In this document: one piece after another, positions 1-8,381 of the stretch
Numbering within the stretch: the first letter of the stretch is position 1
Layout of the letters: every line of letters begins with the position of its first letter
Virus record (IMG/VR): IMGVR_UViG_3300040801_004562
Span: 34,253-98,252 of that record
Length of the DNA: 64,000 nucleotides
DNA from: a virus
Reading direction: 5' to 3' (one strand)
The notes under the pieces: model-generated
The model's input: only the letters and a program-made list of their open reading frames with translations
The model's database searches: none
What the model was told of the DNA's origin: nothing
Made by a program: the position numbers and the translations under genes

Positions 1-2
1 AT

Positions 3-713
3 GGGACCGGCAAGACCCTGACGGCCCTGCTTGCTGCCAAGTGCTGCCTGGAGAATGGCTGGACGTTTATGAACGTTCTGCCCGGCGGGTCGATTACGCA
101 CGCCATTGATTTTGCGAATCGCTACCAGCCCGCGCTGGTGTTCTTCGAAGACATCGATATGGTGGCGGGGCACGGCAGAACCAGCGGGGTGAATGAAATC
201 CTGAATGTGGTGGACGGGTTCCTGTCGAAGCAGTCCAAGGTGATGATTGTTCTCACGACGAACCACACCGACAAGATTGAGAAAGCCATGCTCCGGCCGG
301 GACGGATCGATGCCGTTATCAAGATGGGGGATGTAGACGCCAATGTCCTGCTGAAAATGATCCAGTCGTACTGCCCGAATATGACGAACGGACTGGATAT
401 TGGCTCGCTGGTCAAGGCGTCTGAGGGATTCACCCCGTCCTTTGTTGCGGAAGCCTGCCAGCGCTCGGTGCTCTATGCTCTGGAGCGGTCACGCGGGAAC
501 GGCGGGGAGCTGAAGATTGCCTCCGAAGACATCGAAGCCTCGCTGATCGGACTGCGCGACCAGTTTGAACTGATGACTGCGAAGGCGAATATCCCGCCGA
601 CCCCGATGGATGCGGTCTTTGCCGGGATGCTGGAGCACCACCTTGCCGGGCTGCGGAACCAGATATCGACGATGCTGGAGAAGGAGTTCGGTATGGAGAG
701 GGAGGACCGATGA
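3..713 (+). CDS. AAA+ ATPase (5'-truncated by window edge)
   Basis: Frame is open from nt 3: Walker A GTGKT, Walker B VFFEDID, sensor TTN, arginine-finger motif RPGRID. Confidence 0.9.
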   Translation, partial: GTGKTLTALLAAKCCLENGWTFMNVLPGGSITHAIDFANRYQPALVFFEDIDMVAGHGRTSGVNEILNVVDGFLSKQSKVMIVLTTNHTDKIEKAMLRPGRIDAVIKMGDVDANVLLKMIQSYCPNMTNGLDIGSLVKASEGFTPSFVAEACQRSVLYALERSRGNGGELKIASEDIEASLIGLRDQFELMTAKANIPPTPMDAVFAGMLEHHLAGLRNQISTMLEKEFGMEREDR

Positions 714-907
714 CCGCTGCCTGGACCTTGGAGGTTTGCATCCACGGGGTGCGAGAGGAGCCGGACGGCCACCCTTGCCCAGAATGCCAGAAAATTGCAG
801 CGTCGCTGGGATGGGAGGTGGTGCCCGGAATTGCCACCTATATTTTCACGGAGGATTGGGTACGGAGGAACAAGAAAAAATTTCCAGAATTACTACCGAA
901 TGAGTAA
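710..907 (+). CDS. small hypothetical protein (CIHG...CPEC possible Zn site)
   Basis: ATGA overlap with the upstream stop; SD GGAGG. Confidence 0.6.
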   Translation: MTAAWTLEVCIHGVREEPDGHPCPECQKIAASLGWEVVPGIATYIFTEDWVRRNKKKFPELLPNE

Positions 908-998
908 TCTTACGGGAGAGCACAGCCTGAATGTCTACCGCTGAGCAATTCTACGGGAGAGCACAGCCGGTATTACTACCGAGTGAGTAATACCGGCT
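889..998. repeat. short tandem/inverted repeat cluster
   Basis: TACGGGAGAGCACAGCC at 911-927 and 952-968; ATTACT-N8-AGTAAT at 889-908 and inside the hairpin 965-998 (AGCCGGTATTACT/AGTAATACCGGCT); exact 20-mer copy at 62256-62275. Confidence 0.85.
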
Positions 999-1073
999 TC
1001 TCCGTTTCTTCTTTCCTCAGTTTACTCCGATACCGTAGAGCATGTAGTAAATCACCGCCGTTTTCCCTCGCGA

Positions 1074-1365
1074 CGAAATTTTTGACGAAAAATCCAGGCA
1101 TTGCTTTTGCTTTCAGGTTTTCCGTTCAGAAGTCGTCGCAAATCCACTAATACCAACGCTTTCCCGAACGACGCCGCATTTGACCAGCAAGGAACTTTCG
1201 ACCCGACCGCCTTCCCCTTATATTGACCTCCGCGATACCGTATATAACGAATCTTTGTCAAGATCTTCGAACTTTAGAGCGGCGATGCTCGGCGAGAAGT
1301 GGCGACGGGACATTCAAAACCCAGGCCACCAGTTTACGTCAAAAAAACCCGAAAATTTTTTTGGG
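1074..1365. repeat. diverged non-coding duplication, copy 1 (copy 2 at ~62047-62360)
   Basis: Colinear shared blocks CCACTAATACCAACG, GCATTTGAC, ATTGACCT, ATAACGAA, GTCAAGATC, TTTAGAGC, GGACATTCAAA. Confidence 0.8.
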
Positions 1366-1405
1366 TCCCACCTTTTGCCCCCTTTGAGCCGTTGAGCAAT
1401 TCATT

Positions 1406-1421
1406 TTGCAAACGTTTGCAA
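1406..1421. promoter_or_regulatory. 16-bp palindrome TTGCAAACGTTTGCAA, copy 1 of 10
   Basis: Perfect palindrome, intergenic. Confidence 0.85.
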
Positions 1422-1491
1422 ATTCCAGAAGACCACAGACCCGACACCTTTATATAGGCGCTCCCGCCAGACGAAAATTGCCGAAAGACGC

Positions 1492-1550
1492 TTTTTTTGC
1501 TTTAGTCGTCGAAACTTCTTGACGAAAAGAATAACATAGGGTAAATTGAA
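1492..1550 (+). promoter_or_regulatory. repeated early sigma70 promoter cassette, copy 1
   Basis: TTGACG(1519)-17 bp-TAAATT within a ~55-bp element repeated 5 times. Confidence 0.85.
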
Positions 1551-1589
1551 ACCATGATCACAAACCCCAACAGCATAGGAGGCGCCACC

Positions 1590-1910
1590 ATGTCAGACTT
1601 CCAAGTTGTCGGTGTCAAAGTCCAAAAAGCGGAGAAGGCCAGTCAGAAATGTCGGATTTACATCCATCCGGAGAGCTTCTCGGTTGCCCAGAATTTTATT
1701 GATCGGGCCTACCGGGGCGGGGCTGTCGAGCCCCACAAGATCTACAGAAAACTGGTCCTGCCGGAGGTTCTTGAGAAACTCGGCCTGCCTGCGGATGGTG
1801 TGAAGTTTGGGTGGAGCCGCAAGGCCGGTTGCTCCTGCGGCTGCAGCCCCGGCTTTGTCTGCAACAGCGGGCATCTGTTCGGCAAGGATGTCTTTGTCAC
1901 CATCAAATAA
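1590..1910 (+). CDS. hypothetical protein with WSxxAGCxCGCSPGF motif (paralog of 2710..3015)
   Basis: SD AGGAGG; shared motif with paralog. Confidence 0.8.
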   Translation: MSDFQVVGVKVQKAEKASQKCRIYIHPESFSVAQNFIDRAYRGGAVEPHKIYRKLVLPEVLEKLGLPADGVKFGWSRKAGCSCGCSPGFVCNSGHLFGKDVFVTIK

Positions 1911-1917
1911 TTCAGCC

Positions 1918-1935
1918 GGGGGGCTTCGGCCCCCC
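1918..1935 (+). repeat. intergenic GGGGGGC-TTCG-GCCCCCC hairpin (family also at 2214, 2650, 3022, 4653, 4999, 5359)
   Basis: 7 similar GC hairpins, each just after a stop codon. Confidence 0.85.
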
Positions 1936-1951
1936 TGAAAGGAGATCAAAA

Positions 1952-2194
1952 ATGTTCGTGACCCAGCCTGCAAAGAGACAGCCCGTTTCCCGGAAACTCT
2001 ATTATGCCATCTACAAAACCCAGGACGGCCTGGAGTTTCATGTCGGCCGTAAGATCCTGGAGGTTGCCCGCAGAGAGTCCCTGTCCCAGTCGATCCCTTC
2101 TGCTTCCCCTCTCAGAGAGATGGTTCTCAGTGACTGGAGACGTCAGGTTAGGATTTACCGCATGGCCAAGGTTGCTGATGAGAGCGAGTCCTGA
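1952..2194 (+). CDS. hypothetical protein
   Basis: SD AAGGAG before ATG 1952; flanked by hairpins. Confidence 0.65.
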   Translation: MFVTQPAKRQPVSRKLYYAIYKTQDGLEFHVGRKILEVARRESLSQSIPSASPLREMVLSDWRRQVRIYRMAKVADESES

Positions 2195-2213
2195 TCAATC
2201 CCGCTGCTGATCC

Positions 2214-2240
2214 GGGGGGCTTCGGCCCCCCTCTTTTTTT
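2214..2240 (+). terminator. rho-independent terminator
   Basis: GC hairpin with UUCG loop followed by a T-tract. Confidence 0.8.
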
Positions 2241-2252
2241 GCCGAAAGACGA

Positions 2253-2335
2253 TTTTTTTGCTTTAGTCGACGAAACTTCTTGACGAAAAGAATAATATAG
2301 GGTAAATTGAATCAAAACTTGAAACAAACAAGGAG
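2253..2335 (+). promoter_or_regulatory. repeated early promoter cassette, copy 2
   Basis: TTGACG(2280)-17-TAAATT plus shared leader to SD AAGGAG. Confidence 0.85.
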
Positions 2336-2342
2336 ACCACCC

Positions 2343-2642
2343 ATGAAAAAAATCAGCAAGAAAGACCTTTTCACTCCCGGAATGAAAGTGACGGAGACCA
2401 AGGAGATGGGCGGGACCATGTACGGATGGCGGATGATCGGCGGCCACATGGGGGCGCGCATCATTGACACCATGCTGAACAAAGCCCGAGCCCTTGGTCT
2501 GGAGTGCTTCCTGCCTCCTGCCTATGAGGGGCCTGTTACCTATCGTTCGGAAGACCACAGTGTGGTCCTGACTGTCCGGAAGCACTATGCCCGGACGGCC
2601 AGCAAGAACATGTTCACTGCGGCCCTGTGGATTAGGGACTGA
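2343..2642 (+). CDS. hypothetical protein
   Basis: SD AAGGAG; follows promoter cassette. Confidence 0.7.
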   Translation: MKKISKKDLFTPGMKVTETKEMGGTMYGWRMIGGHMGARIIDTMLNKARALGLECFLPPAYEGPVTYRSEDHSVVLTVRKHYARTASKNMFTAALWIRD

Positions 2643-2709
2643 TGGAGCCGGGGGGCTTCGGCCCCCTTCATTTATAACCTGCACCCCAACGCTCAAGGAG
2701 ACAGCCAAC

Positions 2710-3015
2710 ATGCTTAAAGTCACCGGAATCAGCGTACGCAAGTATTACAACATTGATCGGGTCGGGAGAGTCTACTGCCAGCCCCCTGCTGGAATCATCG
2801 CTGCCCAGATTTCAGAGTCTTCGGCCACCCTCCAGCGCCTCTACCGCGAGCAGCTCCTGCCGGTCCTGTGCGAGAAATTCAAGCTCCCGGCTGATGAGGT
2901 TAAGTTCTCGTGGAGCAAGGTTGCGGGTTGCAAGTGCGGGTGCAGTCCCGGTTTCATCTGCAAGAGCAACCACCTGAAGGGAGTGGACGTCACTGTTCAT
3001 TACGCGGTTGAGTAG
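2710..3015 (+). CDS. hypothetical protein, paralog of 1590..1910
   Basis: WSKVAGCKCGCSPGF motif; SD AAGGAG. Confidence 0.8.
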   Translation: MLKVTGISVRKYYNIDRVGRVYCQPPAGIIAAQISESSATLQRLYREQLLPVLCEKFKLPADEVKFSWSKVAGCKCGCSPGFICKSNHLKGVDVTVHYAVE

Positions 3016-3057
3016 AACTTTGGGGGGCTCCGGCCCCCTCCAAAAGGAGACAGTCAA

Positions 3058-3462
3058 ATGTACGCATTGATCCACCAAGAAAAGACGGAGAGCCAGAAGG
3101 AGAGCCTCGGTGGGTACAACTCCCTTCCTCCCAACTGGGCGGAGATCACAGAGAAGGAGTTTTCCCAGTCGAACTTCTTCTCCTACACCCCGGAGTTTGT
3201 GGAGTTCCGGCAGGCCCCTCTGGATGGGACGTTTACTGGAATCCATCTTTTCCACTTCTTTGATGGGACCGGGGTGGCGCTGACGCGGGACTACTGGAAG
3301 GGGACGGTTCGTTACTTCAAGTTTGCGGCCTGTGAACACTCCCTTGTTGAGCTTTCCGGGGAGGATTGTCGGGCTGCTGGGATTCACCACGCGGGAAACT
3401 GTTACCATGTTTACCGCTGCACGAAATGCGGTTTTGTCCAGTCGATGGACAGCTCGGGCTGA
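3058..3462 (+). CDS. hypothetical protein with C-terminal Zn-ribbon-like motif
   Basis: SD AAGGAG; CEH...CTKCG. Confidence 0.75.
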   Translation: MYALIHQEKTESQKESLGGYNSLPPNWAEITEKEFSQSNFFSYTPEFVEFRQAPLDGTFTGIHLFHFFDGTGVALTRDYWKGTVRYFKFAACEHSLVELSGEDCRAAGIHHAGNCYHVYRCTKCGFVQSMDSSG

Positions 3463-3512
3463 TCACTCCAAACCGGCCACCATCAGCAGGGGCCAAATAG
3501 AAGGGAGACGGT

Positions 3513-3683
3513 ATGAAACGCGAAGTGTGGTCTGTCTGGAAAGAGGAAGACGGCTGGTGGAGGGTCCAGCTCCCCAACGGGCGGTTGGAATACAAGACCA
3601 AGCGTCAGGCGCGGCTGGTTGCTGACGCGATGAAATCCATGCACGACTCATTCAAAAAGGAGGCGACTGGGGAGCACGCCTGA
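3513..3683 (+). CDS. small hypothetical protein (56 aa, below ORF-track cutoff)
   Basis: Hand translation MKREVWSVWKEEDGWWRVQLPNG...; SD GGGAG. Confidence 0.6.
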   Translation: MKREVWSVWKEEDGWWRVQLPNGRLEYKTKRQARLVADAMKSMHDSFKKEATGEHA

Positions 3684-3689
3684 TCCATT

Positions 3690-3705
3690 TTGCAAACGTT
3701 TGCAA
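3690..3705. promoter_or_regulatory. 16-bp palindrome, copy 2
   Basis: Perfect; extends to 20 bp; right after a stop codon. Confidence 0.85.
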
Positions 3706-3736
3706 AACGCGGGAGGATTTTTTTATTCCCCCCGCG

Positions 3737-3795
3737 TTTTTTTTGCTTTAGTCGCCGAAACTTATTGACGAAAAGAATAACATAGGGTAAAATGA
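3737..3795 (+). promoter_or_regulatory. repeated early promoter cassette, copy 3 (preceded by terminator-like hairpin 3708-3744)
   Basis: TTGACG(3765)-17-TAAAAT. Confidence 0.85.
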
Positions 3796-3989
3796 AGCCA
3801 TGAAAATGAGGAAACCCCACAGACCACAAAAAGCAGAGTCAGAATAGGGGGAGCAGGGATGGTTGGAGTGATCACAAAAAAACATTGGTTGATGGTCGGA
3901 AAGACATTTGGATGGCGGAAAGCGGTCCGGCTGCTGCTGAGCCGCAAGCCCGTGGCACTCTCAATTCTTATGGCATAAGGAGAACGGAC

Positions 3990-4640
3990 ATGACGCACAA
4001 AGACCACATTGAAAAACTTGATGGATTGCTGGGGAAGCTCGCTCCGAGAGACAAAGTTTTTGCCTCCAGCCTTTCACAACAGTTCAAGAGTCGCGGGAAG
4101 CTGTCTTCAAAACAGTGGGCGTGGGTTGCAAAACTGATCGAGCGTGCTGAGGCGCCGCCTCCACCGCCACCCAAAAAAATGGAGGTTGGAGATCTGCAGG
4201 CCCTTTATCGGATGTTCGGGTTTGCCAAACAGCACCTCAAGTACCCGAAGATCCACCTGCAGGCCGGTGACCAGCCGGTGATGCTTGCGGTTGCCGGGGA
4301 GCGGTCAAAATACAATGGCAAGATCATGGTGACGGACGGACAACCCTACGGCCGCAACAAATGGTGGGGAGCCATTGACGCCTCCGGTTGCTGGGAACAC
4401 CCGAGAGCCGGTGTCCCCGATGCGGTTGTCGACCTGATCCGCCGGATGGCTGCTGATCCTTCCGGGACGGCCACCGCGCACGGTTCCCTCACTGGTCACT
4501 GCTGCTTTTGCAATTCCAAGTTGACCGACGGCCGGAGCAAGGTGGTTGGGTACGGCCCCACTTGCGCGAAAAATTTCAACCTTGCCTGGGGGACGGCGAA
4601 ACAAGCCAGGGAGATGGAGCGAGAGTGGGCCACTGCCTGA
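3990..4640 (+). CDS. DUF6011-like domain protein
   Basis: C-terminal CCFCNSKLTD...GYGPTCA motif; SD AAGGAG. Confidence 0.75.
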   Translation: MTHKDHIEKLDGLLGKLAPRDKVFASSLSQQFKSRGKLSSKQWAWVAKLIERAEAPPPPPPKKMEVGDLQALYRMFGFAKQHLKYPKIHLQAGDQPVMLAVAGERSKYNGKIMVTDGQPYGRNKWWGAIDASGCWEHPRAGVPDAVVDLIRRMAADPSGTATAHGSLTGHCCFCNSKLTDGRSKVVGYGPTCAKNFNLAWGTAKQAREMEREWATA

Positions 4641-4652
4641 TCTGCTGACCAC

Positions 4653-4682
4653 GGGGGGCTTCGGCCCCCCACAGTTTTTTTT
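4653..4682 (+). terminator. rho-independent terminator
   Basis: UUCG hairpin followed by a T-tract. Confidence 0.75.
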
Positions 4683-4702
4683 CGAAATGTCGATAAAAAA
4701 CA

Positions 4703-4777
4703 CTTTAGTCGACGAAACTTCTTGACGAAAAGAATAACATAGGGTAAATTGAATCAAAACTTGAAACAAACAAGGAG
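4703..4777 (+). promoter_or_regulatory. repeated early promoter cassette, copy 4
   Basis: TTGACG(4722)-17-TAAATT. Confidence 0.85.
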
Positions 4778-4783
4778 AGCAAA

Positions 4784-4984
4784 ATGAAGAAAGACTGCCG
4801 GTACACCTTCTGCCACAAGAATGACGGAACCCTGATGGAAGTTGCTTGGAACCAGGGCGCGAAAGAATGGTACGGTGAAAACGGGCGGTTTGACTTCAGC
4901 AGAAAGTCAGCCAAGGAAGCCAAGGCGATGCTGGATCGCTGGGGGTATGACCTGAAACCCATTGCGGTGTCAAAACTTCGGTAG
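4784..4984 (+). CDS. hypothetical protein
   Basis: SD AAGGAG after the promoter. Confidence 0.7.
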   Translation: MKKDCRYTFCHKNDGTLMEVAWNQGAKEWYGENGRFDFSRKSAKEAKAMLDRWGYDLKPIAVSKLR

Positions 4985-5032
4985 ACCTCAACCTGAACGG
5001 GGGGCACAGCCCCCCAAAAAAGGAGGCCCCAC

Positions 5033-5344
5033 ATGACCAGACAGACCATGAAAAACCGGATCAACAAGGTTCTTCACAGCAGCACCAAAGGAATCCACCG
5101 GGATGATTCTTGGATTCCGGTGCATGATGCCTTCAGAGCCCTGGAGTCCAGCGGGTACCCAGTCATCATCGTTGGAACCTCGTACCGCACGGACGAGAAC
5201 GGAAACCCCTGCCAGAAGCGCTGGAACTTCACGGTTCCCCATCCTGACGGTGGAAAGCCCTTTTCCGGGATTGTGGTCGCCTCCGGGTGCGGCACTGTCG
5301 CAGATCCCCTGTCCCAGTATGATGTTGTAGCGTATGTCTCTTAA
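5033..5344 (+). CDS. hypothetical protein
   Basis: SD AGGAGG; flanked by hairpins. Confidence 0.7.
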   Translation: MTRQTMKNRINKVLHSSTKGIHRDDSWIPVHDAFRALESSGYPVIIVGTSYRTDENGNPCQKRWNFTVPHPDGGKPFSGIVVASGCGTVADPLSQYDVVAYVS

Positions 5345-5390
5345 CCTGCTTTGTGAACGGGGGGCTCCGGCCCCCCAGAAAGGCGGATCG

Positions 5391-5618
5391 ATGAAAACGG
5401 ACAAAACCTTGATGGCCGGAAAAATTGACGTGGTTGTCGCTGGTAGACTCTTGGAGGCGGAGTATGTGCTGTACACTCCCCACCGTTACTCGACGGTGGA
5501 GCACCTGGATATCCTGGGTGCCTGGGAAAAGAATGGCGTGAGACTCGGGGAGGATGAGCTTGACGCCCTGGACTTTGATCTTGCGGTAGAGGTGGAGCGC
5601 GCTCTCGGACTGACGTGA
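5391..5618 (+). CDS. hypothetical protein
   Basis: ATG after hairpin and SD-like AAGGCGG. Confidence 0.6.
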   Translation: MKTDKTLMAGKIDVVVAGRLLEAEYVLYTPHRYSTVEHLDILGAWEKNGVRLGEDELDALDFDLAVEVERALGLT

Positions 5619-5648
5619 TCCACCCTGCCTGGAGAGGGGGTGAGTTCG

Positions 5649-5741
5649 ATGATGTCGGCGATTTTTTGGAACCCTTGGGTGTGGGCGATTATCAACCTGC
5701 TGATTTGGCAGCGGGTTATCGCGGCGATCCTGAACTTCTGA
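5649..5741 (+). CDS. possible 30-aa hydrophobic membrane peptide
   Basis: MMSAIFWNPWVWAIINLLIWQRVIAAILNF fills the gap between neighbours. Confidence 0.4.
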   Translation: MMSAIFWNPWVWAIINLLIWQRVIAAILNF

Positions 5742-5752
5742 TGGAGGAATAG

Positions 5753-5971
5753 ATGAAGAGTTACACGGTTACGTTATCTGGGCCTGAGATGGACCGGCTG
5801 CTGTCGGTTGTCCAATACCACAACGCGAAGCGGTTCCTGGATGCCCAGGATGCCCCGAGCCTTTGGCCGAAGGAGGACAGAGCCCTTGACGAGTCGATTG
5901 CCGGGAAACTGGCCACTGTTGAATTCGAAATTTGGATGGAGAGGAGGAAGAACCCGATCCTGCCCTGGTGA
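5753..5971 (+). CDS. hypothetical protein
   Basis: SD GGAGG. Confidence 0.65.
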   Translation: MKSYTVTLSGPEMDRLLSVVQYHNAKRFLDAQDAPSLWPKEDRALDESIAGKLATVEFEIWMERRKNPILPW

Positions 5972-5973
5972 TT

Positions 5974-5989
5974 TTGCAAACGTTTGCAA
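5974..5989. promoter_or_regulatory. 16-bp palindrome, copy 3
   Basis: Perfect; right after a stop codon, before terminator 5998-6030. Confidence 0.85.
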
Positions 5990-6023
5990 ATTTTGGAGCG
6001 CACGAAATTTACGTTTCGTGCGC

Positions 6024-6100
6024 TTTTTTTGCTTTAGTCGACGAAACTTCTTGACGAAAAGAATAACATAGGGTAAATTGAATCAAAACCTGAAACAAAC
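6024..6100 (+). promoter_or_regulatory. repeated early promoter cassette, copy 5
   Basis: TTGACG(6051)-17-TAAATT. Confidence 0.85.
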
Positions 6101-6120
6101 CTTTAACCAAGGAGCCGAAA

Positions 6121-6798
6121 ATGAGGAAAGAGCGAGTAGAAGACAATTTCCGGGGAATCGGGGATTGCAAGCTTGCCCGTGGCCATTACTCCTACGGTGT
6201 GATTCTGGAGAGCGAGCGTGAAGCGCAAGAGATCGCGGATCGCATCTGTGATGAATTCGGAGAGAAGCGGTGGAATGTCTTTTTCCATTCCTCCAATGCC
6301 CGGCGTTTGATGGGGACGGCGAACCGGAGCTACCGGAGAATTCGCCTCTACCCAGCCGGACGGAATGCCGGAGTCCTCCTGCACGAGTTGGCGCATGAAT
6401 ACGGTCGGCACCATGATTCGGAGTTTAAGGCGTATCAATCCCATATTTTGCGCGCCTTTGAAAAACTTTACCCCTATTCCTCCATCCAGTCCCTGCGGAC
6501 CCCACGGGCCGACTGGAGTGACGTGCCCATTGTCACCTTCACCTTTCCCGCACAGCCCGCGATCCCTGCTGCTCCTGCTCCTGCCGCGCCTGCTCCTGCC
6601 CCGTATGTCCCTGATGAGGGGGAGACGGATGACATTTTGGAGACGGTTGTTGACATGGCGATAGAGAGCGCAAGTGGCGGGATCGTGAGTGCTCTGTTCA
6701 TTCACCGCATGCTGAAGGAGTGGGGAGTCAGCAACGGTGCCAATTACAATCTGGTCCGTGAGCTGGTAGAGACTGCCGGTGTCCGGGTTGCTGTCTGA
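6121..6798 (+). CDS. HEXXH zinc metallopeptidase-like protein (SprT/DUF45-like)
   Basis: LLHELAH...HDSEF motif; Pro/Ala linker. Confidence 0.7.
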   Translation: MRKERVEDNFRGIGDCKLARGHYSYGVILESEREAQEIADRICDEFGEKRWNVFFHSSNARRLMGTANRSYRRIRLYPAGRNAGVLLHELAHEYGRHHDSEFKAYQSHILRAFEKLYPYSSIQSLRTPRADWSDVPIVTFTFPAQPAIPAAPAPAAPAPAPYVPDEGETDDILETVVDMAIESASGGIVSALFIHRMLKEWGVSNGANYNLVRELVETAGVRVAV

Positions 6799-6824
6799 AA
6801 ACCCTTCAAAACAGGGGACGGAAA

Positions 6825-7010
6825 ATGGAAAAACAGTGGAAAAAAGACTGCATCAAAAAGGGCAAGTTTGACTATTACCCAATCAAAGAAAAAGAGTTTT
6901 TCGCCCGCTACCGGTCCTACCTCCGGGGAGCCACGGTGAGCGAGACAATGGGGCCAAACTGGAAACCAATCGTTTGGCTCGGTGGCCGCCCGCTGACCTG
7001 GGAAAAATAA
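6825..7010 (+). CDS. hypothetical protein
   Basis: ORF packing. Confidence 0.55.
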   Translation: MEKQWKKDCIKKGKFDYYPIKEKEFFARYRSYLRGATVSETMGPNWKPIVWLGGRPLTWEK

Positions 7011-7043
7011 ATCTTGCAAACCCTTCAATCAAGGAGTCGAAAA

Positions 7044-7340
7044 ATGGAGAAAAGAACTGAATCCAAACTTCACAGATTTGCGGCTGCAGTGCAGGCGATG
7101 AATGACAGCGAGCTTGATGAGGCCGTCCGCTGGTTTAACGCCCACATGAGAGAGCGCTCTTCTGCCCGTGCCCGGATTGCCAGCCGTAAGTTCGAACGGG
7201 GACAGCGGGTTATCTGGGATTACCGTGACCGGCTTTACCACGGAACCATTTTGAACCTGAACACCAAAACCGCGAGCGTTCGTGCTGAGGACGGAACCAA
7301 GTGGCGTATCGCCTACTCCAATCTGGCTGCCGCGATCTGA
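7044..7340 (+). CDS. hypothetical protein with SH3/KOW-like C-terminus
   Basis: FERGQRVIW...GTILNLNTKTASV pattern; SD AAGGAG. Confidence 0.65.
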   Translation: MEKRTESKLHRFAAAVQAMNDSELDEAVRWFNAHMRERSSARARIASRKFERGQRVIWDYRDRLYHGTILNLNTKTASVRAEDGTKWRIAYSNLAAAI

Positions 7341-7353
7341 CAGGCGAATCTGC

Positions 7354-7382
7354 TTGACAAAAACCATTACCTTTGATAACTA
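7354..7382 (+). promoter_or_regulatory. second promoter class TTGACAAAA-N8-CTTTG-N-TA (also 12133, 50469, variant 62400)
   Basis: Shared motif upstream of ligase, PolX and the PolA operon. Confidence 0.6.
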
Positions 7383-7400
7383 CAATCCAGGAGGCAACAA

Positions 7401-8381
7401 ATGCGCGATCTCAGAAACGAGTTTTCAATCGATGCTCCCAGATGTCGCGGCGGGTACCTTGAAACCTTACCCGAGGGGATTCTGGGAAATCCGGACTATG
7501 CCCTTGAAATCAAGGAGGACGGTACCCGGATCACCATGCAGATCGGAGCCGAGCGCTCCCTGCTGGTCGGACGGAACCGACAGGATTTCCTGAAGGGTGT
7601 CCAGAATGCCGGTCCCTTCCGGGACCTGTCCCATGAGAACCAAGTCCTTTCAGCCTTTGCGGTCCCTGAACTTGACGGCACCGTCCTGGATGGCGAGCTG
7701 ACTGAATCCTACAATCAAGATGGCTTTATGACCAAAAGTACCCGTCGGCGGAGAGACAACGGCGAGTATGTCGGATACACCGTTTGGGGCGTCCTGTTCT
7801 ACAAGTACCGCGATGTCCGGTCCCTGCCTGATGATGACCGATTTCGGCTTGCTTCCCAGATCGTCTATGGCCTCGTTGGAGACCACAAGTCCCCCATGAT
7901 TCGCATGGTCAAGCGATTTCCCTGCACCGAGCAAAACCTTGAAAAAATCTTCATGGCCGGGTTCGAGGGTGGGATAGCCAAGCATCGTAAGATGCCCATC
8001 CCCGCCAATCAGCGGACCAACTCCTGGTGGTGGAAACTGAAGGGCAACGACAAGCGGACTGTTGATGCTTTCGTGGTTGGCGCGAGCGAAGCCAGCTCCG
8101 GGGGATCCGGTCTGACCGGGATCAAACCCACGAAAAACGGCAAGGCTGCCACCTTCACCATTGCAATGGTTCGCGATGGGCAAGTTGTCGAGGTAGGGAA
8201 AATGACCAACCTGCCGAAAGATGCCCGCGCCAACGGACTTTCCGATTTCGGCAAGTATAAATTCCGGGTTGCTGAACTGGTCGTCAGCGGGTGGGATGGG
8301 GAGCGATTCCGGTGGCCACGCTTCAAGAAATGGCGTGAGGATAAATCCCCTTCTGACTGCATCTTTACGGAGCAAGTATGA
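7401..8381 (+). CDS. ATP-dependent DNA ligase
   Basis: Motifs I KEDG, III LDGEL, IV EGGIAK, V WWKLK, VI PRFKKWREDK. Confidence 0.9.
   Translation: MRDLRNEFSIDAPRCRGGYLETLPEGILGNPDYALEIKEDGTRITMQIGAERSLLVGRNRQDFLKGVQNAGPFRDLSHENQVLSAFAVPELDGTVLDGELTESYNQDGFMTKSTRRRRDNGEYVGYTVWGVLFYKYRDVRSLPDDDRFRLASQIVYGLVGDHKSPMIRMVKRFPCTEQNLEKIFMAGFEGGIAKHRKMPIPANQRTNSWWWKLKGNDKRTVDAFVVGASEASSGGSGLTGIKPTKNGKAATFTIAMVRDGQVVEVGKMTNLPKDARANGLSDFGKYKFRVAELVVSGWDGERFRWPRFKKWREDKSPSDCIFTEQV

Noticed and set aside
889-998. Mini-CRISPR array
   Set aside because: Only two 17-bp repeats, and the intervening segments resemble each other rather than being unique spacers
1052-1261. Minus-strand ORF as the explanation for the 1074/62047 duplication
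   Set aside because: The equivalent frame in copy 2 hits TAA after 10 codons
1492-6100. CRISPR array or integron suggested by recurring repeats
   Set aside because: Repeats are separated by whole genes of variable length and contain -35/-10 boxes; no cas or integrase gene and no attC core sites
6560-6605. GCTCCT repeats
   Set aside because: They encode an ordinary Pro/Ala linker
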